A stretch of DNA of 64,000 nucleotides from Yuukianura sp. NJ FZ-2021 (Eukaryota). Below, in pieces: positions 41,582-55,188 of the stretch. The notes beneath the pieces are model-generated. The model saw only the letters and a list, made by a program, of their open reading frames with translations. It had not been told where the DNA came from and searched no databases. Positions within the stretch are counted from its first letter, which is position 1; each line of letters opens with the position of its first letter. The position numbers were made by a program, and so were the translations under genes. The DNA is taken from the NCBI GenBank assembly GCA_046563655.1, contig JAJCTO010000013.1:124001-188000 (forward strand). The letters run 5' to 3'.

Positions 41582-41946
41582 TATCCACACCAATTAAACT
41601 TGGGGTCCTGCAGTACTTTTCAGGAGGATTTCAGAAAAGTAAGTCATTTTTCCCCGACATCGTTCCGCACTTAGGTTTTTCGAATGTTTTGTTTTGAGAC
41701 AAATTTTTATAAATAAAATTAACGAGACCAGGGACGACACAGCAATTGAAATTGGGTTCATGTAGCCTTTTTTATGAGGATTTCAATACTGTAGTTGACT
41801 TTTACCCAGCATCGTTCCGGAACGCCACTTTCTTGAATTTGTTGTTTTGAAACATGAATTTTCATAAATAAAGGTAACAAGATAAGGGACGACACAGCAA
41901 GTGAAAGTGGGTTCCAGTAGCACTTTTTATGAGGAATTCAGGAATG

Positions 41947-44900
41947 GAGAAATATGGATTTCCGGTGAAATCTAATAGCAAATTCGGATTCACCGACTTG
42001 AACTTCATGTGAGCACACTTTCAAAGGTGGGTATTTAGAAAGGCAGTTTTTCTAGAATTTTGAAGAGGGTTAAATTGCTCTGCAAATTCACAAAATGGCT
42101 GTATCTCGAGAAATATGGATTGCCGGTGAAATCTAATTGCAAATTCGGATTCATCGACTTGAAATTGATGTGAGTACACTTTCAAAGCTGGGTATTTAGA
42201 AAGGCAGTTTTTCTAGAATTTTGAAGGGGGTTAAATTGCTCTGCAAATTCACAAAATGGCTGTATCTCAAGAAATATGGATCGCCGGTGAAATCTAATTG
42301 CAAATTCGGATTCACCGACTTGAAATTGATGTGAGTACACTTTCAAAGGTGGACATTTAGAAAGGCAGTTTTTCTAGAATTTGTATGGCGTAAAATTGCT
42401 CTGCAAATTCACAAAATGGCTGTATCTCGAGAAATATGGATTGCCGGTGAAATCTAATTGCAAATTCGGATTCACCGACTTGAAATTGGTGTGAGTACAC
42501 TTTCAAAGGTGGACATTTAGAAAGGCAGTTTTTCTAGAATTTTGTAAGAGGAAAAATTGCTCTGCAAATTCACAAAATGGCTGTATCTCGAGAAATATGG
42601 ATTTCCGGTGAAATCTAATTGCAAATTCGGATTCACCGACTTGAAATTGATGTGAGTACACTTTCAAAGGTGGACATTTAGAAAGGCAGTTTTTCTAGAA
42701 TTTGTAGGGCGTAAAATTGCTCTGCAAATTCACAAAATGGCTGTATCTCAAGAAATATGGATTGCCGGTGAAATCTAATTGCAAATTCGGATTCACCGAC
42801 TTGAAATTGATGTGAGTACACTTTCAAAGGTGGACATTTAGAAAGGCAGTTTTTCTAGAATTTGTATGGCGTAACATTGCTCTGCAAATTCACAAAATGG
42901 CTGTATCTCGAGAAATATGGATTGCCGGTGAAATCTAATTGCAAATTCGGATTCACCGACTTGAAATTGATGTGAGTACACTTTCAAAGCTGGGTATTTA
43001 GAAAGGCAGTTTTTCTAGAATTTTGAAAAGGGTTAAATTGCTCTGCAAATTCACAAAATGGCTGTATCTCGAGAAATATGGATTGCCGGTGAAGTCTAAT
43101 TGAAAATTCGGATTCACCGACTTGAAATTGATGTGAGTACACTTTCAAAGCTGGGTATTTAGAAAGGCAGTTTTTCTAGAATTTTGAAGGGGGTTAAATT
43201 GCTCTGCAAATTCACAAAATGGCTGTATCTCGAGAAATATGGATTGCCGGTGAAATCTAATTGCAAATTCGGATTCACCGACTTGAAATTGATGTGAGTA
43301 CACTTTCAAAGGTGGACATTTAGAAAGGCAGTTTTTCTAGAATTTGTATGGCGTAAAATTGCTCTGCAAATTCACAAAATGGCTGTATCTCGAGAAATAT
43401 GGATTGCCGGTGAAATCTAATTGCAAATTCGTATTCACCGACTTGAAATTGATGTGAGTACACTTTCAAAGGTGGGTATTTAGAAAGGCAGTTTTTCTAG
43501 AATTTTGAAGAGGGTTAAATTGCTCTGCAAATTCACAAAATGGCTGTATCTCGAGAAATATGGATTGCCGGTGAAATCTAATTGCAAATTCGGATTCATC
43601 GACTTGAAATTGATGTGAGTACACTTTCAAAGCTGGGTATTTAGAAAGGCAGTTTTTCTAGAATTTGTATGCCGTAAAATTGCTCTGCAAATTCACAAAA
43701 TGGCTGTATCTCGAGAAATATGGATTGCCGGTGAAATCTAATTGCAAATTCGGATTCACCGACTTGAAATTGATGTGAGTACACTTTCAAAGGTGGGTAT
43801 TTAGAAAGGCAGTTTTTCTAGAATTTTGATGGGGGTTAAATTGCTCTGCAAATTCACAAAATGGCTGTATCTCGAGAAATATGGATTGCCGGTGAAATCT
43901 AATTGCAAATTCGTATTCACCGACTTGAAGTTGATGTGAGTACACTTTCAAAGGTGGGTATTTAGAAAGGCAGTTTTTCTAGAATTTTGAAGGGGGTTAA
44001 ATTGCTCTGCAAATTCACAAAATGGCTGTATCTCGAGAAATATGGATTGCCGGTGAAATCTAATTGCAAATTCGTATTCACCGACTTGAAATTGATGTGA
44101 GTACACTTTCAAAGGTGGGTATTTAGAAAGGCAGTTTTTCTAGAATTTTGAAGGGGTTAAATTGCTCTGCAAATTCATAAAATGGCTGTATCTCGAGAAA
44201 TATGGATTGCCGGTGAAATCTAATTGCAAATTCGGATTCACCGACTTGAAATTGATGTGAGTACACTTTCAAAGGTGGACATTTAGAAAGGCAGTTTTTC
44301 TAGAATTTGTATGGCGTAAAATTGCTCTGCAAATTCACAAAATGGCTGTATCTCGAGAAATATAGATTGCCGGTGAAATCTAATTGCAAATTCGGATTCA
44401 TCGACTTGAAATTGATGTGAGTACACTTTCAAAGGTGGGTATTTAGAAAGGCAGTTTTCTAGAATTTGTATGGCGTAAAATTGCTCTGCAAATTCACAAA
44501 ATGGCTGTATCTCAAGAAATATGGATCGCCGGTGAAATCTAATTGCAAATTCGGATTCACCGACTTGAAATTGATGTGAGTACACTTTCAAAGGTGGACA
44601 TTTAGAAAGGCAGTTTTTCTAGAATTTGTATGGCGTAAAATTGCTCTGCAAATTCACAAAATGGCTGTATCTCGAGAAATATGGATTGCCGGTGAAATCT
44701 AATTGCAAATTCGGATTCACCGACTTGAAATTGGTGTGAGTACACTTTCAAAGGTGGACATTTAGAAAGGCAGTTTTTCTAGAATTTTGTAAGAGGAAAA
44801 ATTGCTCTGCAAATTCACAAAATGGCTGTATCTCGAGAAATATGGATTTCCGGTGAAATCTAATTGCAAATTCGGATTCACCGACTTGAAATTGATGTGA

Positions 44901-47900
44901 GTACACTTTCAAAGGTGGACATTTAGAAAGGCAGTTTTTCTAGAATTTGTAGGGCGTAAAATTGCTCTGCAAATTCACAAAATGGCTGTATCTCAAGAAA
45001 TATGGATTGCCGGTGAAATCTAATTGCAAATTCGGATTCACCGACTTGAAATTGATGTGAGTACACTTTCAAAGGTGGACATTTAGAAAGGCAGTTTTTC
45101 TAGAATTTGTATGGCGTAACATTGCTCTGCAAATTCACAAAATGGCTGTATCTCGAGAAATATGGATTGCCGGTGAAATCTAATTGCAAATTCGGATTCA
45201 CCGACTTGAAATTGATGTGAGTACACTTTCAAAGCTGGGTATTTAGAAAGGCAGTTTTTCTAGAATTTTGAAAAGGGTTAAATTGCTCTGCAAATTCACA
45301 AAATGGCTGTATCTCGAGAAATATGGATTGCCGGTGAAGTCTAATTGAAAATTCGGATTCACCGACTTGAAATTGATGTGAGTACACTTTCAAAGCTGGG
45401 TATTTAGAAAGGCAGTTTTTCTAGAATTTTGAAGGGGGTTAAATTGCTCTGCAAATTCACAAAATGGCTGTATCTCGAGAAATATGGATTGCCGGTGAAA
45501 TCTAATTGCAAATTCGGATTCACCGACTTGAAATTGATGTGAGTACACTTTCAAAGGTGGACATTTAGAAAGGCAGTTTTTCTAGAATTTGTATGGCGTA
45601 AAATTGCTCTGCAAATTCACAAAATGGCTGTATCTCGAGAAATATGGATTGCCGGTGAAATCTAATTGCAAATTCGTATTCACCGACTTGAAATTGATGT
45701 GAGTACACTTTCAAAGGTGGGTATTTAGAAAGGCAGTTTTTCTAGAATTTTGAAGAGGGTTAAATTGCTCTGCAAATTCACAAAATGGCTGTATCTCGAG
45801 AAATATGGATTGCCGGTGAAATCTAATTGCAAATTCGGATTCATCGACTTGAAATTGATGTGAGTACACTTTCAAAGCTGGGTATTTAGAAAGGCAGTTT
45901 TTCTAGAATTTGTATGCCGTAAAATTGCTCTGCAAATTCACAAAATGGCTGTATCTCGAGAAATATGGATTGCCGGTGAAATCTAATTGCAAATTCGGAT
46001 TCACCGACTTGAAATTGATGTGAGTACACTTTCAAAGGTGGGTATTTAGAAAGGCAGTTTTTCTAGAATTTTGTGAAGGGAAAAATTGCTCTGCAAATTC
46101 ACAAAATGGCTGTATCTCGAGAAATATGGATTGCCGGTGAAATCTAATTGCAAATTCGTATTCACCGACTTGAAGTTGATGTGAGTACACTTTCAAAGGT
46201 GGGTATTTAGAAAGGCAGTTTTTCTAGAATTTTGAAGGGGGTTAAATTGCTCTGCAAATTCACAAAATGGCTGTATCTCGAGAAATATGGATTGCCGGTG
46301 AAATCGAATTGCAAATTCGTATTCACCGACTTGAAATTGATGTGAGTACACTTTCAAAGGTGGGTATTTAGAAAGGCAGTTTTTCTAGAATTTTGAAGGG
46401 GGTTAAATTGCTCTGCAAATTCAGAAAATGGCTGTATCTCGAGAAATATGGATTGCCGGTGAAATCTAATTGCAAATTCGGATTCACCGACTTGAAATTG
46501 ATGTGAGTACACTTTCAAAGGTGGACATTTAGAAAGGCAGTTTTTCTAGAATTTGTATGGCGTAAAATTGCTCTGCAAATTCACAAAATGGCTGTATCTC
46601 GAGAAATATAGATTGCCGGTGAAATCTAATTGCAAATTCGGATTCATCGACTTGAAATTGATGTGAGTACACTTTCAAAGGTGGGTATTTAGAAAGGCAG
46701 TTTTTCTAGAATTTGTATGGCGTAAAATTGCTCTGCAAATTCACAAAATGGCTGTATCTCAAGAAATATGGATCGCCGGTGAAATCTAATTGCAAATTCG
46801 GATTCACCGACTTGAAATTGATGTGAGTACACTTTCAATGGTGGACATTTAGAAAGGCAGTTTTTCTAGAATTTGTATGGCGTAAAATTGCTCTGCAAAT
46901 TCACAAAATGGCTGTATCTCGAGAAATATGGATTGCCGGTGAAATCTAATTGCAAATTCGGATTCACCGACTTGAAATTGGTGTGAGTACACTTTCAAAG
47001 GTGGACATTTAGAAAGGCAGTTTTTCTAGAATTTTGTAAGAGGAAAAATTGCTCTGCAAATTCACAAAATGGCTGTATCTCGAGAAATATGGATTTCCGG
47101 TGAAATCTAATTGCAAATTCGGATTCACCGACTTGAAATTGATGTGAGTACACTTTCAAAGGTGGACATTTAGAAAGGCAGTTTTTCTAGAATTTGTAGG
47201 GCGTAAAATTGCTCTGCAAATTCACAAAATGGCTGTATCTCAAGAAATATGGATTGCCGGTGAAATCTAATTGCAAATTCGGATTCACCGACTTGAAATT
47301 GATGTGAGTACACTTTCAAAGGTGGACATTTAGAAAGGCAGTTTTTCTAGAATTTGTATGGCGTAACATTGCTCTGCAAATTCACAAAATGGCTGTATCT
47401 CGAGAAATATGGATTGCCGGTGAAATCTAATTGCAAATTCGGATTCACCGACTTGAAATTGATGTGAGTACACTTTCAAAGGTGGACATTTAGAAAGGCA
47501 GTTTTTCTAGAATTTGTATGGCGTAAAATTGCTCTGCAAATTCACAAAATGGCTGTATCTCGAGAAATATAGATTGCCGGTGAAATCTAATTGCAAATTC
47601 GGATTCATCGACTTGAAATTGATGTGAGTACACTTTCAAAGGTGGGTATTTAGAAAGGCAGTTTTTCTAGAATTTGTATGGCGTAAAATTGCTCTGCAAA
47701 TTCACAAAATGGCTGTATCTCAAGAAATATGGATCGCCGGTGAAATCTAATTGCAAATTCGGATTCACCGACTTGAAATTGATGTGAGTACACTTTCAAA
47801 GGTGGACATTTAGAAAGGCAGTTTTTCTAGAATTTGTATGGCGTAAAATTGCTCTGCAAATTCACAAAATGGCTGTATCTCGAGAAATATGGATTGCCGG

Positions 47901-50900
47901 TGAAATCTAATTGCAAATTCGGATTCACCGACTTGAAATTGGTGTGAGTACACTTTCAAAGGTGGACATTTAGAAAGGCAGTTTTTCTAGAATTTTGTAA
48001 GAGGAAAAATTGCTCTGCAAATTCACAAAATGGCTGTATCTCGAGAAATATGGATTTCCGGTGAAATCTAATTGCAAATTCGGATTCACCGACTTGAAAT
48101 TGATGTGAGTACACTTTCAAAGGTGGACATTTAGAAAGGCAGTTTTTCTAGAATTTGTAGGGCGTAAAATTGCTCTGCAAATTCACAAAATGGCTGTATC
48201 TCAAGAAATATGGATTGCCGGTGAAATCTAATTGCAAATTCGGATTCACCGACTTGAAATTGATGTGAGTACACTTTCAAAGGTGGACATTTAGAAAGGC
48301 AGTTTTTCTAGAATTTGTATGGCGTAACATTGCTCTGCAAATTCACAAAATGGCTGTATCTCGAGAAATATGGATTGCCGGTGAAATCTAATTGCAAATT
48401 CGGATTCACCGACTTGAAATTGATGTGAGTACACTTTCAAAGCTGGGTATTTAGAAAGGCAGTTTTTCTAGAATTTTGAAAAGGGTTAAATTGCTCTGCA
48501 AATTCACAAAATGGCTGTATCTCGAGAAATATGGATTGCCGGTGAAGTCTAATTGAAAATTCGGATTCACCGACTTGAAATTGATGTGAGTACACTTTCA
48601 AAGCTGGGTATTTAGAAAGGCAGTTTTTCTAGAATTTTGAAGGGGGTTAAATTGCTCTGCAAATTCACAAAATGGCTGTATCTCGAGAAATATGGATTGC
48701 CGGTGAAATCTAATTGCAAATTCGGATTCACCGACTTGAAATTGATGTGAGTACACTTTCAAAGGTGGACATTTAGAAAGGCAGTTTTTCTAGAATTTGT
48801 ATGGCGTAAAATTGCTCTGCAAATTCACAAAATGGCTGTATCTCGAGAAATATGGATTGCCGGTGAAATCTAATTGCAAATTCGTATTCACCGACTTGAA
48901 ATTGATGTGAGTACACTTTCAAAGGTGGGTATTTAGAAAGGCAGTTTTTCTAGAATTTTGAAGAGGGTTAAATTGCTCTGCAAATTCACAAAATGGCTGT
49001 ATCTCGAGAAATATGGATTGCCGGTGAAATCTAATTGCAAATTCGGATTCATCGACTTGAAATTGATGTGAGTACACTTTCAAAGCTGGGTATTTAGAAA
49101 GGCAGTTTTTCTAGAATTTGTATGCCGTAAAATTGCTCTGCAAATTCACAAAATGGCTGTATCTCGAGAAATATGGATTGCCGGTGAAATCTAATTGCAA
49201 ATTCGGATTCACCGACTTGAAATTGATGTGAGTACACTTTCAAAGGTGGGTATTTAGAAAGGCAGTTTTTCTAGAATTTTGTGAAGGGAAAAATTGCTCT
49301 GCAAATTCACAAAATGGCTGTATCTCGAGAAATATGGATTGCCGGTGAAATCTAATTGCAAATTCGTATTCACCGACTTGAAGTTGATGTGAGTACACTT
49401 TCAAAGGTGGGTATTTAGAAAGGCAGTTTTTCTAGAATTTTGAAGGGGTTAAATTGCTCAGCAAATTCACAAAATGGCTGTATCTCGAGAAATATGGATT
49501 GCCGGTGAAATCGAATTGCAAATTCGTATTCACCGACTTGAAATTGATGTGAGTACACTTTCAAAGGTGGGTATTTAGAAAGGCAGTTTTTCTAGAATTT
49601 TGAAAGGGTTTAAGTTGCTCTGCAAATTCATAAAATGGCTGTATCTCGAGAAATATGGATTGCCGGTGAAATCTAATTGCAAATTCGGATTCACCGACTT
49701 GAAATTGATGTGAGTACACTTTCAAAGGTGGACATTTAGAAAGGCAGTTTTTCTAGAATTTGTATGGCGTAAAATTGCTCTGCAAATTCACAAAATGGCT
49801 GTATCTCGAGAAATATAGATTGCCGGTGAAATCTAATTGCAAATTCGGATTCATCGACTTGAAATTGATGTGAGTACACTTTCAAAGGTGGGTATTTAGA
49901 AAGGCAGTTTTTCTAGAATTTGTATGGCGTAAAATTGCTCTGCAAATTCACAAAATGGCTGTATCTCAAGAAATATGGATCGCCGGTGAAATCTAATTGC
50001 AAATTCGGATTCACCGACTTGAAATTGATGTGAGTACACTTTCAAAGGTGGACATTTAGAAAGGCAGTTTTTCTAGAATTTGTATGGCGTAAAATTGCTC
50101 TGCAAATTCACAAAATGGCTGTATCTCGAGAAATATGGATTGCCGGTGAAATCTAATTGCAAATTCGGATTCACCGACTTGAAATTGGTGTGAGTACACT
50201 TTCAAAGGTGGACATTTAGAAAGGCAGTTTTTCTAGAATTTTGTAAGAGGAAAAATTGCTCTGCAAATTCACAAAATGGCTGTATCTCGAGAAATATGGA
50301 TTTCCGGTGAAATCTAATTGCAAATTCGGATTCACCGACTTGAAATTGATGTGAGTACACTTTCAAAGGTGGACATTTAGAAAGGCAGTTTTTCTAGAAT
50401 TTGTAGGGCGTAAAATTGCTCTGCAAATTCACAAAATGGCTGTATCTCAAGAAATATGGATTGCCGGTGAAATCTAATTGCAAATTCGGATTCACCGACT
50501 TGAAATTGATGTGAGTACACTTTCAAAGGTGGACATTTAGAAAGGCAGTTTTTCTAGAATTTGTATGGCGTAACATTGCTCTGCAAATTCACAAAATGGC
50601 TGTATCTCGAGAAATATGGATTGCCGGTGAAATCTAATTGCAAATTCGGATTCACCGACTTGAAATTGATGTGAGTACACTTTCAAAGCTGGGTATTTAG
50701 AAAGGCAGTTTTTCTAGAATTTTGAAAAGGGTTAAATTGCTCTGCAAATTCACAAAATGGCTGTATCTCGAGAAATATGGATTGCCGGTGAAATCTAATT
50801 GAAAATTCGGATTCACCGACTTGAAATTGATGTGAGTACACTTTCAAAGCTGGGTATTTAGAAAGGCAGTTTTTCTAGAATTTTGAAGGGGGTTAAATTG

Positions 50901-53900
50901 CTCTGCAAATTCACAAAATGGCTGTATCTCGAGAAATATGGATTGCCGGTGAAATCTAATTGCAAATTCGGATTCACCGACTTGAAATTGATGTGAGTAC
51001 ACTTTCAAAGGTGGACATTTAGAAAGGCAGTTTTTCTAGAATTTGTATGGCGTAAAATTGCTCTGCAAATTCACAAAATGGCTGTATCTCGAGAAATATG
51101 GATTGCCGGTGAAATCTAATTGCAAATTCGTATTCACCGACTTGAAATTGATGTGAGTACACTTTCAAAGGTGGGTATTTAGAAAGGCAGTTTTTCTAGA
51201 ATTTTGAAGAGGGTTAAATTGCTCTGCAAATTCACAAAATGGCTGTATCTCGAGAAATATGGATTGCCGGTGAAATCTAATTGCAAATTCGGATTCATCG
51301 ACTTGAAATTGATGTGAGTACACTTTCAAAGCTGGGTATTTAGAAAGGTAGTTTTTCTAGAATTTTGTAAAGGGAAAAATTGCTCTGCAAATTCACAAAA
51401 TGGCTGTATCTCGAGAAATATGGATTGCCGGTGAAATCTAATTGCAAATTCGTATTCACCGACTTGAAATTGATGTGAGTACACTTTCAAAGGTGGGTAT
51501 TTAGAAAGGCAGTTTTTCTAGAATTTTGAAGAGGGTTAAATTGCTCTGCAAATTCACAAAATGGCTGTATCTCGAGAAATATGGATTGCCGGTGAAATCT
51601 AATTGAAAATTCGGATTCACCGACTTGAAATTGATGTGAGTACACTTTCAAAGCTGGGTATTTAGAAAGGCAGTTTTTCTAGAATTTGTATGCCGTAAAA
51701 TTGCTCTGCAAATTCACAAAATGGCTGTATCTCGAGAAATATGGATTGCCGGTGAAATCTAATTGCAAATTCGGATTCACCGACTTGAAATTGATGTGAG
51801 TACACTTTCAAAGGTGGGTATTTAGAAAGGCAGTTTTTCTAGAATTTTGAAGGGGGTTAAATTGCTCTGCAAATTCACAAAATGGCTGTATCTCGAGAAA
51901 TATGGATTGCCGGTGAAATCTAATTGCAAATTCGTATTCACCGACTTGAAATTGATGTGAGTACACTTTCAAAGGTGGGTATTTAGAAAGGCAGTTTTTC
52001 TAGAATTTTGAAGGGGGTTAAATTGCTCTGCAAATTCACAAAATGGCTGTATCTCGAGAAATATGGATTGCCGGTGAAATCTAATTGCAAATTCGTATTC
52101 ACCGACTTGAAATTGATGTGAGTACACTTTCAAAGGTGGGTATTTAGAAAGGCAGTTTTTCTAGAATTTTGAAGGGGTTAAATTGCTCTGCAAATTCACA
52201 AAATGGCTGTATCTCGAGAAATATGGATTGCCGGTGAAATCTAATTGCAAATTCGGATTCACCGACTTGAAATTGATGTGAGTACACTTTCAAAGGTGGA
52301 CATTTAGAAAGGCAGTTTTTCTAGAATTTGTATGGCGTAAACTTGCTCTGCAAATTCACAAAATGGCTGTATCTCGAGAAATATGGATTGCCGGTGAAAT
52401 CTAATTGCAAATTCGGATTCATCGACTTGAAATTGATGTGAGTACACTTTCAAAGGTGGGTATTTAGAAAGGCAGTTTTTCTAGAATTTGTATGGCGTAA
52501 AATTGCTCTGCAAATTCACAAAATGGCTGTATCTCAAGAAATATGGATCGCCGGTGAAATCTAATTGCAAATTCGGATTCACCGACTTGAAATTGATGTG
52601 AGTACACTTTCAAAGGTGGACATTTAGAAAGGCAGTTTTTCTAGAATTTGTATGGCGTAAAATTGCTCTGCAAATTCACAAAATGGCTGTATCTCGAGAA
52701 ATATAGATTGCCGGTGAAATCTAATTGCAAATTCGGATTCATCGACTTGAAATTGATGTGAGTACACTTTCAAAGGTGGGTATTTAGAAAGGCAGTTTTT
52801 CTAGAATTTGTATGGCGTAAAATTGCTCTGCAAATTCACAAAATGGCTGTATCTCAAGAAATATGGATCGCCGGTGAAATCTAATTGCAAATTCGGATTC
52901 ACCGACTTGAAATTGATGTGAGTACACTTTCAAAGGTGGACATTTAGAAAGGCAGTTTTTCTAGAATTTGTATGGCGTAAAATTGCTCTGCAAATTCACA
53001 AAATGGCTGTATCTCGAGAAATATGGATTGCCGGTAAAATCTAATTGCAAATTCGGATTCACCGACTTGAAATTGGTGTGAGTACACTTTCAAAGGTGGA
53101 CATTTAGAAAGGCAGTTTTTCTAGAATTTTGTAAGAGGAAAAATTGCTCTGCAAATTCACAAAATGGCTGTATCTCGAGAAATATGGATTGCCGGTGAAA
53201 TCTAATTGAAAATTCGGATTCACCGACTTGAAATTGATGTGAGTACACTTTCAAAGCTGGGTATTTAGAAAGGCAGTTTTTCTAGAATTTTGAAGGGGTT
53301 TAAATTGCTCTGCAAATTCACAAAATGGCTGTATCTCGAGAAATATGGATTGCCGGTGAAATCTAATTGCAAATTCGGATTCACCGACTTGAAATTGATG
53401 TGAGTACACTTTCAAAGGTGGACATTTAGAAAGGCAGTTTTTCTAGAATTTGTATGGCGTAAAATTGCTCTGCAAATTCACAAAATGGCTGTATCTCGAG
53501 AAATATGGATTGCCGGTGAAATCTAATTGCAAATTCGTATTCACCGACTTGAAATTGATGTGAGTACACTTTCAAAGGTGGGTATTTAGAAAGGCAGTTT
53601 TTCTAGAATTTTGAAGAGGGTTAAATTGCTCTGCAAATTCACAAAATGGCTGTATCTCGAGAAATATGGATTGCCGGTGAAATCTAATTGAAAATTCGGA
53701 TTCACCGACTTGAAATTGATGTGAGTACACTTTCAAAGCTGGGTATTTAGAAAGGCAGTTTTTCTAGAATTTGTATGCCGTAAAATTGCTCTGCAAATTC
53801 ACAAAATGGCTGTATCTCGAGAAATATGGATTGCCGGTGAAATCTAATTGCAAATTCGGATTCACCGACTTGAAATTGATGTGAGTACACTTTCAAAGGT

Positions 53901-55134
53901 GGGTATTTAGAAAGGCAGTTTTTCTAGAATTTTGAAGGGGGTTAAATTGCTCTGCAAATTCACAAAATGGCTGTATCTCGAGAAATATGGATTGCCGGTG
54001 AAATCTAATTGCAAATTCGTATTCACCGACTTGAAATTGATGTGAGTACACTTTCAAAGGTGGGTATTTAGAAAGGCAGTTTTTCTAGAATTTTGAAGGG
54101 GGATAAATTGCTCTGCAAGTTCACAAAATGGCTGTATCTCGAGAAATATGGATTGCCTGTGAAATCTAATTGCAAATTCGGATTCACCGACTTGAAATTG
54201 ATGTGAGTACACTTTCAAAGGTGGGTATTTAGAAAGGCAGTTTTTCTAGAATTTTGAAGGGGGTTAAATTGCTCTGCAAATTCACAAAATGGCTGTATCT
54301 CGAGAAATATGGATTGCCGGTGAAATCTAATTGCAAATTCGGATTCACCGACTTGAAATTGATGTGAGTACACTTTCAAAGGTGGACATTTAGAAAGGCA
54401 GTTTTTCTAGAATTTGTATGGCGTAAAATTGCTCTGCAAATTCACAAAATGGCTGTATCTCGAGAAATATAGATTGCCGGTGAAATCTAATTGCAAATTC
54501 GGATTCATCGACTTGAAATTGATGTGAGTACACTTTCAAAGCTGGGTATTTAGAAAGGCAGTTTTTCTAGAATTTGTAGGGCGTAAAATTGCTCTGCAAA
54601 TTCACAAAATGGCTGTATCTCAAGAAATATGGATCGCCGGTGAAATCTAATTGCAAATTCGGATTCACCGACTTGAAATTGATGTGAGTACACTTTCAAA
54701 GGTGGACATTTAGAAAGGCAGTTTTTCTAGAATTTGTATGGCGTAAAATTGCTCTGCAAATTCACAAAATGGCTGTATCTCGAGAAATATGGATTGCCGG
54801 TGAAATCTAATTGCAAATTCGGATTCACCGACTTGAAATTGGTGTGAGTACACTTTCAAAGGTGGACATTTAGAAAGGCAGTTTTTCTAGAATTTGTATG
54901 GCGTAAAATTGCTCTGCAAATTCACAAAATGGCTGTATCTCGAGAAATATGGATTGCCGGTGAAATCTAATTGCAAATTCGGATTCACCGACTTGAAATT
55001 GATGTGAGTACACTTTCAAAGCTGGGTATTTAGAAAGGCAGTTTTTCTAGAATTTTGAAGGGGGTTAAATTGCTCTGCAAATTCACAAAATGGCTGTATC
55101 TCGAGAAATATGGATTGAAGGTGAAATCTAATTG
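41947..55134. repeat. Satellite B, left block: 160/161-bp monomers (about 82), with a 14-mer higher-order repeat over roughly 42100-51300
   Basis: GAGAAATATGGAT recurs at 41947, 42108 and onward. The diagnostic variant GTAACATTG occurs at 42871, 45116, 47363, 48324 and 50570 (spacings 2245, 2247, 961, 2246). Confidence 0.97.
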
Positions 55135-55188
55135 TTGTTGTTGTTGTTGTAAGTTTATTGCTCCTTGCGGGCCCAAAGCCCATGGAGC
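55135..55188 (-). other. 3' terminal module of the ORF1-only element: stem-loop, poly(A) signal and (CAA)n tail
   Basis: The minus strand reads GCTCC-AT-GGGC-TTTGG-GCCC-GCAA-GGAGC, then AATAAA (55159-55154), CTTA and (CAA)5. Confidence 0.85.

Larger units (their letters stand above)
1..41946. repeat. Satellite A: tandem array of a 698-bp higher-order unit (about 60 units; 543-bp and 853-bp variants)
   Basis: The unit ATTTCAGAAAAGTAAGTC...TTTTCAGGAGG restarts at 1, 700, 1398 and so on, and the spurious 62-aa ORF recurs every 698 bp. The first unit is monomer a (1-152), b (153-307), c (308-463) and d (464-699). Monomers a, b and c share TTTTGAAACA, TAAATAAA, GGGACGACACAGCAA and a TTTTATGAGG-like end. 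The array runs off the left edge of the window. Confidence 0.98.

Noticed and set aside
44283..44591. 102-aa ORF in satellite B
   Set aside because: It is a repeat translation opened by a 1-bp deletion, and the peptide itself is repeated.
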